The notes under the pieces: generated by a model | The model's input: the letters and a program-made list of their open reading frames with translations, nothing else | Databases searched by the model: none | What the model was told of the DNA's origin: nothing | DNA from: an uncultured Actinomycetaceae bacterium | GTDB taxonomy: Bacteria; Actinomycetota; Actinomycetes; Actinomycetales; Actinomycetaceae | Assembly: GCA_965120455.1 (NCBI GenBank) | Contig: CBCPNB010000019.1 | Location: 2,060 to 66,059 of the forward strand | Direction: 5' to 3' | DNA: 64,000 nucleotides | Program-made: the position numbers and the translations under genes | Part shown: positions 37,653-46,976 of the stretch, piece after piece | Numbering within the stretch: position 1 is the first letter of the stretch | Layout of the letters: each line of letters opens with the position of its first letter

Positions 37653-37814
37653 AAGATCTCCATACTAACGTCTTACTTTTACGTATATAGACACAAAATT
37701 GCCTTATAGTGTCCTAGCGGCGCTATATTGTATTGCAGAGCTGTGATGCCAGTGAGTTACAGAATGACAGCAGGAAGAAGCTAACAAACCAGTGAACTGA
37801 GAAAATAGAAAAAG

Positions 37815-38435
37815 TCAGATTTTGTGTACCTCGATAATTCGATAGCCTTTTTTGGAAGCGATTTTTTGGGATTGGAAACCTTGGGAATTTAGCCAGTTGA
37901 TCAGTGAGTCTGCGCCTAAATTCTTGGAAGTTACCAAATAGGCTGTGCCAGTGGGTGTCAAAAAACTCAACCATTTGCCTAAAAGCACGCGGGTTTGTTC
38001 TTTGCCGATCCGAACTGGCGGATTTGACCAAATGACGTCGAATTCTAGGTGATCTTCCTGCAAGAGGGCATCTTCTGCTAGGAAGGTTTGCACATTTTTG
38101 GCACCATTGATGGCAGCATTGCGTTTGGTCATGTCTAAAGCTCGCGGGTTCACGTCAACTGCCCACACCGTCGCCGCAGGCGACTCTAAAGCCATGGAAA
38201 CAGCCAGTGGCCCCCAACCGCAGCCTAAATCCAAAAAACGCCCAGAAACAGGTAAAGTGGGGGCAACTTTCAATAACTGTGCGGTTCCCAAATCGAGTCT
38301 GCGACTGGAAAAAACTTTTGAGCCAACCCACATTTGCAAGTCGAATCCTCGTGATTCAATTGAAAGCAAAGACAATTCTGAAATATCGGCTGGCTCAACG
38401 TCAGAAAAATAATGTGTAGTCACAAGTACCACCAT
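37815..38435 (-). CDS. Class I SAM-dependent methyltransferase, RsmC/RsmD-like (small-domain type)
   Basis: FLDLGCGWGPLAV (motif I), VWAVDVN and the substrate motif WSNPPV (NPPx) are present. The track ORF extends to 38594, but that would overlap divergent hflX; the start at 38435 (MVVLV) is preferred and is not certain. Confidence 0.72.
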   Translation of the reverse strand: MVVLVTTHYFSDVEPADISELSLLSIESRGFDLQMWVGSKVFSSRRLDLGTAQLLKVAPTLPVSGRFLDLGCGWGPLAVSMALESPAATVWAVDVNPRALDMTKRNAAINGAKNVQTFLAEDALLQEDHLEFDVIWSNPPVRIGKEQTRVLLGKWLSFLTPTGTAYLVTSKNLGADSLINWLNSQGFQSQKIASKKGYRIIEVHKI

Positions 38436-38449
38436 ACCTAGGAGGCCAA

Positions 38450-40015
38450 ATGAGCGACGAATATAAAGAGGTTTTGGCCAGGGCCGAAGCTGTCGCCGAA
38501 CGCGTTCTGGCTCGCAACGCCAGTGCGCTGAAATCAACCCAAGGACAACGAGAAGGCGAGGCCGGTAGCCTAGAGCGCGAAGTTCGGGGAGCAACTAGGC
38601 GCGTGCAGGGATTGTCAACCGAGTTAGAGGATGTTTCTGAAGTCGAATACCGTCAAATCCGGTTAGAGCGTGTCGTGTTGGTTGGTTTGCGAGGCCATGA
38701 GAGCGTCAAAGAGGCAGAAAACTCTTTGGCTGAATTGGCGGCTTTGGCGCAAACTGCGGGCTCGAAAGTCTTGGAAGCAGTATTGCAGCAGCGAGACAAA
38801 CCAGATCCGGCTACTTATTTGGGGCGCGGCAAAGCCCAAGAACTAGCTGCCATTGTCCGCGAAACTGGGGCGGATACGGTGATTGTGAATAGTGAATTGG
38901 CACCTTCACAGCGCCGAGGTTTGGAAGATGTAGTGGGAGTAAAAGTAGTTGATCGCACTGCTTTGATTTTGGATATTTTTGCTCAGCACGCGAAATCTAA
39001 GGAAGGCAAAGCGCAAGTAGAACTAGCCCAACTGGAGTATTTATTGCCCAGGTTGCGCGGTTGGGGTGAATCCATGTCTCGTCAGGCAGGTGGTCGCGTG
39101 GCTGGCGGTGAAGGGATCGGCTCGCGCGGTCCGGGTGAGACTAAGATTGAACTAGACCGGCGGCGAATCCGCTCCCGGATGGCTAAATTACGCAAGCAGA
39201 TTGCTGCCATGGAGCCAGCGCGCATCACTAAACGCTCGCAGCGCAGGAGAGCAAAGATTCCGGCGGTGGCAATTGCCGGTTACACTAATGCCGGGAAATC
39301 CACGTTGTTGAATGCCCTAACTGACGCAGAAGTAATGGTTGAGGACGCGCTCTTTGCTACTTTGGATCCAGCAGTGAGGCGGGCAACCACTGTGGATGGG
39401 AGGGTGTATACGCTAACTGACACAGTTGGGTTTGTCCGCAATTTGCCGACGCAATTGGTGGAGGCATTCCGCTCTACTTTGGAAGAGATCGCCGAAGCGG
39501 AATTGATTTTGCACGTTGTCGATGCAGCTCATCCCGATCCGGTTGAACAGGTCAAAACGGTGCGGGAAATTCTATGGGAAATACCGGGAGTGCGCGACAT
39601 TCCCGAGTTGTTAGTGTTGAATAAAATTGATTTGGCTGAGCCAGAAACGCGGGCGCGTTTGCGCTCAGTATTGCCTGAGGCGATCGAAGTATCTGGGTGG
39701 ACTGGGCAAGGAATTGATGACTTGCGTTTAGAGATTGCCAACCGACTGCCGCGTCCGCGCATCCTCATGGATGTGGTGGTTCCCTATTCTTTGGGCAGAT
39801 TGGTCAGTCAAGTGCATGAAGAGGGTGAAGTACTAAGTGAAGAGTGGGATGAGCGTGGCACGCATTTGGTTGCTCGTGTGAGCGAAAAATTGGCTCAACA
39901 GTTAGGAAAGGCTAACCTTAGCGGCAAAGCGAGTAAGTATGACCAAAAAGGTGAGTCCACTTCTGCAAATCCGCAGTTTTTCTCGGCGGAGGTGGGTGAA
40001 AACTCGGCTAGGTGA
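38450..40015 (+). CDS. hflX: GTPase HflX
   Basis: The G1 motif is IAGYTNAGKSTLLNAL, and TDTVGF and LNKID are present. AGGAGG lies 6 nt before the ATG. Confidence 0.95.
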   Translation: MSDEYKEVLARAEAVAERVLARNASALKSTQGQREGEAGSLEREVRGATRRVQGLSTELEDVSEVEYRQIRLERVVLVGLRGHESVKEAENSLAELAALAQTAGSKVLEAVLQQRDKPDPATYLGRGKAQELAAIVRETGADTVIVNSELAPSQRRGLEDVVGVKVVDRTALILDIFAQHAKSKEGKAQVELAQLEYLLPRLRGWGESMSRQAGGRVAGGEGIGSRGPGETKIELDRRRIRSRMAKLRKQIAAMEPARITKRSQRRRAKIPAVAIAGYTNAGKSTLLNALTDAEVMVEDALFATLDPAVRRATTVDGRVYTLTDTVGFVRNLPTQLVEAFRSTLEEIAEAELILHVVDAAHPDPVEQVKTVREILWEIPGVRDIPELLVLNKIDLAEPETRARLRSVLPEAIEVSGWTGQGIDDLRLEIANRLPRPRILMDVVVPYSLGRLVSQVHEEGEVLSEEWDERGTHLVARVSEKLAQQLGKANLSGKASKYDQKGESTSANPQFFSAEVGENSAR

Positions 40016-40289
40016 AGTCTTCCAATAAACGGTTGGCACACTTAGATTAGAGCAATAGCAGCTGATTGTGGAGATTGTCAGGGCTGTCAATCAAAGTCGT
40101 ATCACCTAGCTCGAGGATACATCGCTCTGTTAGCGACAAATAATAGCGCAGCCAAGAAAGTGGTAACGTGAGGCGGTGTTGCCCTGCGCGTCGAATCTCA
40201 AATTTTGCGAATTCTGGAAGTAATCTGAGGGATAGTGTAAGTTCGCGGCAGGAATTTTGCCGTTGACGTGCTTGACCCTAGGAGAACCG

Positions 40290-41282
40290 ATGACTATCGG
40301 CCAAATGCGGAGTTTGTATCCTTCGAAGTATGCGGGCAGACCCGCAAAGATCGCTATTGTTGGGGCAGGCGCAGTGGGAACGGCGGTTGCGTACGCGTGT
40401 GCGATGCGGGGAGCGGCGCGCGACATTGTGCTCTACGACATTAACAAAGCTAGGGTGGAAGCCGAGGCTTTAGACATTGCTCACGGCATTCAGTTCACGC
40501 CATGTGGTTCTATCACTGGCTCGGATGATATTGAGAGTTTGCGGGGCGCGGATCTGATCGTGGTGACTGCGGGGGCCAGGCAAAAACCGGGGCAGGCACG
40601 TTTGGATTTGGCCGGTTCAGCGGTGGATTTGATGCGTACTTTGGTGCCGCAGATGATGAATGTGGCTCCGGGTGCGATTTATTTGTATGTGACTAATCCG
40701 GTGGACGTGGTGACTTACGTGGCTTTGCGTTTATCGGGTTTGCCGCGCAACCAGATTTTTGGTTCGGGTACCGTGTTGGATACTTCGCGTTTGCGGTATT
40801 TGGTGTCTTTGCAAACGGGGATTGCGACTCAAAATATTCACGCTTATGTGGTTGGTGAGCACGGGGATTCCGAGGTAGCTTTATGGTCTACTGCCGAGAT
40901 TGGCAATGTGCCGATCGACCAGTGGGGGCCAACTTTGAATGGGCGTGAGTTTGACGAACAGCTGCGTACTGAAATCACGCACGAGGTAGTGCGCTCGGCT
41001 GATGAAATTATTGCGGGAAAAGGGGCGACAAACTATGCGATTGGTTTGGCGGCCTCAAATATTGTGGGAGTAGTTTTGCGCGATGAGGCGCGGGTGTTGA
41101 CTGTGACTTCTTTGCTGCAAGGTTGGGCTGGCATCGACGACGTATGTTTGTCGGCACCTACGATTGTGGGTCGAGGCGGTGCGGGGCGCGTCCTCACCCC
41201 ACCGATGTCGGAACAAGAGCGTTTGAGTTTGCGCGAGTCAGCCGCTACTTTGCGGCGGATTACCCGCGAATTAGGGTTCTAG
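40290..41282 (+). CDS. ldh: L-lactate dehydrogenase
   Basis: The NAD motif is IVGAGAVGTA. AGARQKPGQARLDL has Gln (not Arg) at the LDH/MDH discriminating position. GEHGDSEV is present. AGGAGA precedes ATG 40290. Confidence 0.88.
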   Translation: MTIGQMRSLYPSKYAGRPAKIAIVGAGAVGTAVAYACAMRGAARDIVLYDINKARVEAEALDIAHGIQFTPCGSITGSDDIESLRGADLIVVTAGARQKPGQARLDLAGSAVDLMRTLVPQMMNVAPGAIYLYVTNPVDVVTYVALRLSGLPRNQIFGSGTVLDTSRLRYLVSLQTGIATQNIHAYVVGEHGDSEVALWSTAEIGNVPIDQWGPTLNGREFDEQLRTEITHEVVRSADEIIAGKGATNYAIGLAASNIVGVVLRDEARVLTVTSLLQGWAGIDDVCLSAPTIVGRGGAGRVLTPPMSEQERLSLRESAATLRRITRELGF

Positions 41283-41397
41283 CAGGTACGCTTTCAGGGG
41301 CATACCTATTCGTTGTACCCAGCAATCCAAATCAGTACCCAGGTTCTAAAGCTGGAACGAAAGTGAGCTAGCCGCAAATAACTGGGTTACGCGAAAA

Positions 41398-42108
41398 TCA
41401 GAGGGTGCGAATAACTGTGACAACTTTTCCTAAAATGGTGGCCTTGTCTCCAGAAATGGGCGCATAGTTGGAGTTTTTTGGCAGCAACCACTGGTGTCCA
41501 TTTTGGCGCGAGAGGACTTTGACTGTGGCCTCGCCGTCAATCATCGCGACCACGATTTCGCCGGAGGCGGCATCTGCCTGACTACGAACCACCACGTAGT
41601 CACCGTCACAAATTGCGGCTTCAACCATGGAATCTCCCTGCACTTGCAGCATGAACACCGAGCCATGACCGGTAAGAGAAGTGGGGAGCGAAAAAACTTC
41701 CTCTATGTGTTGTTCAGCCGTGATTGGCTCACCGGCAGCGATTCTTCCAACTAAGGGAACAATGGTAGTGTCGCCGTTATCTGCACCAACTGGCAAGGCG
41801 ATGATTTTGGCGTTTTCGCGAATCGGTACAGTCTTATGATTGAGGCCAGATGTTTTTTGACCGGCCCCCAGTTTCACGTCCAAGGTTCTCGGTTTTCCTA
41901 CTTCCCGAGCCAGTAACCCTTGTTTTTCTAAAATATCTAAGTGGTGTTTGACGGTTGAGGCCGACTTTAAACCCACCATTTGGGCGATTTCTCTTACTGA
42001 AGGCGCGTAACCGTTGCGTTTTTGACACTCTTCAATGACTTCTAGAATTTGGCGTTGCCGGGCAGAGAGTTGTTGTAGTTTTTGTGTCTTGGAAATTTTG
42101 GGGGGCAC
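41398..42108 (-). CDS. lexA: SOS repressor LexA
   Basis: The N-terminal wHTH is LSARQRQILEVIEECQKRNGYAPSVREIAQMVGL. The S24 peptidase region carries the GDSM serine and the VAMIDGEATVK lysine. Confidence 0.95.
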   Translation of the reverse strand: MPPKISKTQKLQQLSARQRQILEVIEECQKRNGYAPSVREIAQMVGLKSASTVKHHLDILEKQGLLAREVGKPRTLDVKLGAGQKTSGLNHKTVPIRENAKIIALPVGADNGDTTIVPLVGRIAAGEPITAEQHIEEVFSLPTSLTGHGSVFMLQVQGDSMVEAAICDGDYVVVRSQADAASGEIVVAMIDGEATVKVLSRQNGHQWLLPKNSNYAPISGDKATILGKVVTVIRTL

Positions 42109-42205
42109 ATTCCATTCCTCTCTGTGTTCAACGGATAGTATGCAAAGGACTCAAGATTGCCCTGCTTCTGTTTTGCCGTTTTGACTGAATTCACTGCTTA
42201 AATTA

Positions 42206-42221
42206 TAAAACATATGTTCGA
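42206..42221. promoter_or_regulatory. Degenerate LexA box 1 in the lexA/nrdR divergent region
   Basis: TAAAACATATGTTCGA has a perfect right half-site (GTTCGA) and a left half-site matching 3 of 6 positions. Confidence 0.5.
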
Positions 42222-42248
42222 AAGTGTGTTTACGGATAGTGAGAATCA

Positions 42249-42264
42249 TAGTACATATGTTCGT
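42249..42264. promoter_or_regulatory. Degenerate LexA box 2 in the lexA/nrdR divergent region
   Basis: TAGTACATATGTTCGT shares the core ACATATGTTCG with box 1. Confidence 0.45.
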
Positions 42265-42385
42265 CGGATAAGTGTTTGGTAGAGACTGGTTAGTAATATG
42301 TTGAATATGTTGTGCACAATAACTGAATATTTGCCAAAAATAGGTTGGGTATCTTACTTTGTTTGCAGGGACGAAAGGACTAGAT

Positions 42386-42856
42386 GTGCACTGCCCAAAT
42401 TGCCACTGCAGTGATACACGAGTGGTGGATTCTCGCGTCGCTGACGACGGCAATTCGATTCGCCGACGCAGACAGTGCACCAAATGTGGTAGTCGCTTTA
42501 CCACGCTCGAAACATTCATGTTGCAAGTAGAAAAGCGCTCGGGTATCTTGGAACCGTTTTCGCGCGAAAAAATCATTGCCGGAATTCGCAAAGCCAGCGA
42601 AGGCCTGCCAATCCAAGAAGATCAGCTAGCGCGCGTCGCCCAACAGGTAGAGGAGTCTCTCAGAAGCCGGGGCAAAAATACGGTTACAGCTCGCCAAGTT
42701 GGTGAGGCCCTGCTGCCATTTCTAAAAGACCTGGACCAAGTCACCTACCTGAGGTTTGCTTCAGTGTACGCAGGTTTTCAAACCATCGACGACTTCCAAG
42801 CAGTTATCGACGAGTTGCGCGAACACGAAGTAAAACTTTCCGCGACTAATTTTTAG
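42386..42856 (+). CDS. nrdR: Transcriptional repressor NrdR
   Basis: A GTG start gives (M)HCPNCHCSDTRVVDSR...CTKCGSRFTT (zinc ribbon), followed by an ATP-cone. The track start at 42359 adds 9 non-conserved residues. Confidence 0.92.
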   Translation: MHCPNCHCSDTRVVDSRVADDGNSIRRRRQCTKCGSRFTTLETFMLQVEKRSGILEPFSREKIIAGIRKASEGLPIQEDQLARVAQQVEESLRSRGKNTVTARQVGEALLPFLKDLDQVTYLRFASVYAGFQTIDDFQAVIDELREHEVKLSATNF

Positions 42857-44070
42857 CTGTCTGCGGCTAATTTGATGTAGCGTACTCGGATCGTTTCTTC
42901 CAAGGACTCTAGTTTTTCTAGTGCACTTTGGGGCAGGGGAGAATTCAAGTCCGCAATTGCGTAACCAAACTCGCCCTGGGTGGCTAGTCCTTGTCCCTCC
43001 ACATTCACATTGTTTTTGGCAAACACCTTAGTCATCCTGGATAAAACCCCGGGAATGTTGCGGTGCAAGAAACATACCCGATAGCGTGCGTCGCTAGAGG
43101 GCTGAATGCTCAGATTCGGTAGATTCACGCTCATCGCCGTCGAGCCAGTCGTCAAGTAATCGACCAACTTATTGGCCACAAAACTGGCAATATCCTCTTG
43201 AGCTTCTACAGTTGAGCCACCAACGTGCGGAGTCAAGATCACATTCTCCAACCCCAATAGCGGAGAATCAAAAGGATCCCCATTCTTCTTAGGCTCGGTG
43301 GGAAATACGTCGACAGCAGCTCCACCCAAGTGTCCAGACAGTAAATGACTGCGCAACGCCTCAATGTCCACAATAAATCCTCGCGATAAATTGATGAACA
43401 GGGCGCCCTCTTTCATAATCGAAAACTCGCGATCTCCAAACAGATTCGCATTCGTTTTCGCACCATTTACGTGAATCGACACCACATCTGCTCGACGCAG
43501 CACCTCTTCCATGGAATCCATGCGTTTCGCATTCCCCAACGCCAAGCGCTCAGCCACATCGTAGAAAATGACGTGCATTCCCAAAGCCTCAGCCAACACT
43601 GATAGCTGGGTGCCAATATTGCCATAACCGATGATGCCCAAGGTCCGACCTCGAACCTCGTGACTGTGTTCAGCTGACTTATCCCAAATCCCACGATGCA
43701 AACGATCAGTGCGTACCGTCAACCGACGCGTCAAAGCAATAATTTCTGCCACCGCTAACTCGACCACAGAACGCGTATTAGAATAAGGAGCATTAAAGAC
43801 AGCCACCCCTTTTTCGGCCGCATACTCCAGATCAATTTGGTTAGTGCCAATACAAAAAGCACCAATCGCCTCTAACTCATCCGCTTGCTCCAAAACCGTT
43901 TGAGTCACCCGGGTTTTTGAACGCAAACCCAAAATCGTCTTACCCTCGATAGCTTCAGTCAACTCGGCCTCGTCCAGACTGCCTGCTACCCGTTGGACAC
44001 TTACCCCGTTACGCCCAAAAATCAAGTCAGCTTTCCGATGCGGATTCTCCAAAAGTAACGCACTAGTCAC
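42853..44070 (-). CDS. serA: D-3-phosphoglycerate dehydrogenase (with C-terminal ACT domain)
   Basis: The NAD-binding motif is LGIIGYGNIGTQ and a catalytic His lies in PHVGGST. The ACT-like C-terminus reads HRNIPGVLSRMTKVFAKNNVNV. Confidence 0.88.
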   Translation of the reverse strand: MTSALLLENPHRKADLIFGRNGVSVQRVAGSLDEAELTEAIEGKTILGLRSKTRVTQTVLEQADELEAIGAFCIGTNQIDLEYAAEKGVAVFNAPYSNTRSVVELAVAEIIALTRRLTVRTDRLHRGIWDKSAEHSHEVRGRTLGIIGYGNIGTQLSVLAEALGMHVIFYDVAERLALGNAKRMDSMEEVLRRADVVSIHVNGAKTNANLFGDREFSIMKEGALFINLSRGFIVDIEALRSHLLSGHLGGAAVDVFPTEPKKNGDPFDSPLLGLENVILTPHVGGSTVEAQEDIASFVANKLVDYLTTGSTAMSVNLPNLSIQPSSDARYRVCFLHRNIPGVLSRMTKVFAKNNVNVEGQGLATQGEFGYAIADLNSPLPQSALEKLESLEETIRVRYIKLAADS

Positions 44071-44157
44071 CTTCAGAGTATGCCACCAAAGCGTCCAAAT
44101 GAGGTTGTGATTTCAAGCAGTTAGGATGCGATTGCTATCACAGTCTGCTAGCTGATA

Positions 44158-46500
44158 TCACAGTGCTGTCCGCCATCTCTGCGGCAAAGAGCCTTGCCGC
44201 ACCGAATGCAGTCGATTAGTGCACCTGGTCATTGCTACAAAGAGATCGCCTAAACCTTGCTTTGCGATCAACTCTGGTTCCACCACCACCACAGTGTCAA
44301 ACTCCAATCCCTTGGCAGCAACTACAGTCAAATAGTTAACCCGCTCATCTACGCAATAGCGGTTATCCCCGCTAAAACCCCACTTTTGGGCCAATACATC
44401 GGGCACAATTACGGCAATTTTGCCCAAATCAGTGCCGACCAGGGCATCTAAGCGCCAACTTTCTTTTGCTACCACTTGCTTGGTGGTAGTCAACAACCGG
44501 TCGGAGTCTTCCTCGTTGGTGGTACTCTCTTTCGTAACTAAAGTATCTGCCAAAGCATTTGGCACATCGCGAGCTCCCGTCAATGGGAAACGCACGGGCT
44601 CACCCAAATCAGCCAACACGTCTTGTGCCAAATCCACGATGGTAGCGGGAGTGCGATACGACACTGTCAAAGTCATTTCATTCACGCCTGCTCGCGCAGC
44701 TGGACCCAAGACCTCTGCCCAAGACCGGGGCCGTTCTCCACTTACTCCTCGAGCCTGATCCAAATCCCCGACTATCGTAAAAGAGCGGCTTGGACAACGC
44801 CGCAGCAAAGAATGCCAAGCCATATGCGACAACTCTTGGGCTTCGTCTACCACAATGTGCCCATAAGTCCACGTCCGATCAGCCAAAGCCCGCTCCGCCA
44901 AAGAACGCCACGCAACCGGTGTTTCATGCAAATCAGCCAACATTTGGGCAGTCACAATCCCTTCACCCAAACCTTGAGCCTCCAACACCTCTGCAGCCTC
45001 GCGTTCAATCTGTTGGCGCTCGGCCTCACTTTCTTTTTGCGCAGCATTTTCTAACACGGCGTTCGTGCCTAGCAACTCCTCTAACTCGTCCAGTAAAGGC
45101 ACGTCCTGGATGGTAAATTCTGCTCCCTTAGGCCGATAAACTACAGCTTGTTCCAGCGCAGATAAACCCTTGGCCACCCGCGATAATCGAGTAGGTTGAC
45201 TAAACAATTTTTCCAACAATCCTCGAGCTGTAGTTGGCATCCAACACAGGTTGATTTCTCGGCGAATATCGCGGCTAGCCCGAATCAGGTCGTGCCACCA
45301 AATTTGTGTTTCCGGATCTGGATCCTCACCCATCTGCTGAGCCAATAACTCGATTAACTCCAAAGCAAAACCATCCCTAGCCACATTGTGGGGTTTACCA
45401 GTGAGTCGGGCTCGAGTCCGAGCTCTTTGAAAATCTTCCACAGTTAACACCAATTTGCGTCCTGCGACTTGGAAAACTTTGTCCTCCCGGGGAATGCGCT
45501 GCAAGTCGCGCACCGCGTTTTTTAGTGTCTGCACCCAGGCGATCGAACCTTTAGCTTTAGCCACCTCGGGTTCATCTGCTTTACTGATGCGCTCACCCGC
45601 TACCAAATCACTCAGCGTGAGCGAAACCACCCCGGTTTCACCTAGAGCCGGTAAAACCTTTTCAATGTATTTCAAAAACACTTTCGAGGGGCCAACGATG
45701 AGCACACCTTGGTTTTCCAGCCGCTCGCGTTCCGTATACAAAAGATAGGCGGCCCGATGCAAGGCAACTGCAGTTTTACCTGTGCCTGGACCACCTTGCA
45801 CTACTAGAATGCCGTCGTTGTGAGCGCGAATAATTTGATCTTGCTCAGCTTGAATAGTGGAGACAATATCTTGCATCTGCCCTGGACGCGCTGTGGATAA
45901 AGCCGACAGCAAAGCGCCTTCTCCTTGAAAGGTCAACCCTTTTTGGGCGGCGGCCTGAGCGTTTAGCACATCGTCTTCGATGCCGGTGACACGACGATTC
46001 TTGGTGGAAATATGGCGACGGCGCACTACTCCTTCGGGATTAGCGAAAGTAGCCTGATAAAACGGGCGAGCAGCCGGAGCCCTCCAGTCAATCAACAGTC
46101 GCGTTTCATTAGCTCCACGCAAACTGGCGCGGCCAATGTAGAGATTTTGTTCCCTTTGCTCGACTGTATCGATACGCCCAAACACCAAGCGTTCTTCGAT
46201 TTGCTCCAAACGCATAGCCTGATCCCCGTAGTGCGCCGCCAAAGCATCCCGCTCCGTGCGTGCCTGCGGACTACCCCAAGCGCCCTCTGCTTCAACTTGT
46301 CGCTGTCTAGTGCGGTAATCACTTCTCAACTTATCCAAAGTCGCATACGCCGTATCCACAAAAGCTTGTTCAACTTGGATTTCGCTGACACTGCTCTCCG
46401 TGGGCGCACCATTGCGCATATCCTTGGGCTTAGCGGCAGAAGCACTTGCAGAGACAGACTCGGATCCGGCTTGGGTATCCTGGTCTTTCGGTACCGGCAC
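44158..46500 (-). CDS. helD: UvrD-like superfamily-1 helicase of the HelD (helicase IV-like, RNA polymerase-associated) type
   Basis: Walker A is VVQGGPGTGKTAVALHRAAYL and Walker B is VVDEAQELS. The C-terminus has GLEFDTVVVVEP. The N-terminal coiled region (LRSDYRTRQRQVEAEG...LVFGRID...LYIGRASL) is typical of HelD. AAGGAGG precedes the GTG start. Confidence 0.82.
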   Translation of the reverse strand: MPVPKDQDTQAGSESVSASASAAKPKDMRNGAPTESSVSEIQVEQAFVDTAYATLDKLRSDYRTRQRQVEAEGAWGSPQARTERDALAAHYGDQAMRLEQIEERLVFGRIDTVEQREQNLYIGRASLRGANETRLLIDWRAPAARPFYQATFANPEGVVRRRHISTKNRRVTGIEDDVLNAQAAAQKGLTFQGEGALLSALSTARPGQMQDIVSTIQAEQDQIIRAHNDGILVVQGGPGTGKTAVALHRAAYLLYTERERLENQGVLIVGPSKVFLKYIEKVLPALGETGVVSLTLSDLVAGERISKADEPEVAKAKGSIAWVQTLKNAVRDLQRIPREDKVFQVAGRKLVLTVEDFQRARTRARLTGKPHNVARDGFALELIELLAQQMGEDPDPETQIWWHDLIRASRDIRREINLCWMPTTARGLLEKLFSQPTRLSRVAKGLSALEQAVVYRPKGAEFTIQDVPLLDELEELLGTNAVLENAAQKESEAERQQIEREAAEVLEAQGLGEGIVTAQMLADLHETPVAWRSLAERALADRTWTYGHIVVDEAQELSHMAWHSLLRRCPSRSFTIVGDLDQARGVSGERPRSWAEVLGPAARAGVNEMTLTVSYRTPATIVDLAQDVLADLGEPVRFPLTGARDVPNALADTLVTKESTTNEEDSDRLLTTTKQVVAKESWRLDALVGTDLGKIAVIVPDVLAQKWGFSGDNRYCVDERVNYLTVVAAKGLEFDTVVVVEPELIAKQGLGDLFVAMTRCTNRLHSVRQGSLPQRWRTAL

Positions 46501-46976
46501 CCGGCCTCCTTATAAAATTGAAAATTCACTAGTAGTTCGGAGTAGACTATCGACTACAGACCTAACATTATCTTCTAAATTGACGGATTTGGGTATAGAT
46601 TCGCGGTTGTTTCCATGTGCCTGTCAGGGAAAACTAGGCGAACTACCACTATAGTAACCGCCGTCGTGCAATTTGGTGTGGAGTCAGACATAGCGATAGT
46701 TGGCGCCACATCACTTTGGATGAAGATCCTCGTAGACCTTGAGCTAATCGAGAGTAAACGTATTCTTCGAGTTGGCGTTTTATTTGCAGATGGTAGTTCC
46801 CGCGCGGATGAGTAACTTCGACTAACTATCATCTGCATCGCAAATCAGTAAAGGTGAATTCCGTGACCAGGGGGTATAATCCTCGTGTGCCGGCTTCTGG
46901 AAGCATGGACACGGTGTAAAAAGCGGACGCTGTAGATTGCGCTGAGGAATATTTACGGACAATTTCTGCCGCAATT

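Noticed and set aside
37815-38594. Long (259-aa) form of the methyltransferase.
   Set aside because: Its first 53 codons would overlap the divergently transcribed hflX start (38450) and its AGGAGG. The conserved methyltransferase fold begins after Met at 38435.
46501-46620. Rifamycin-associated-element-like palindrome upstream of helD.
   Set aside because: Only a short AT-containing repeat (GTAG...CTAC) is seen, with no GC-rich ~19-bp palindrome.
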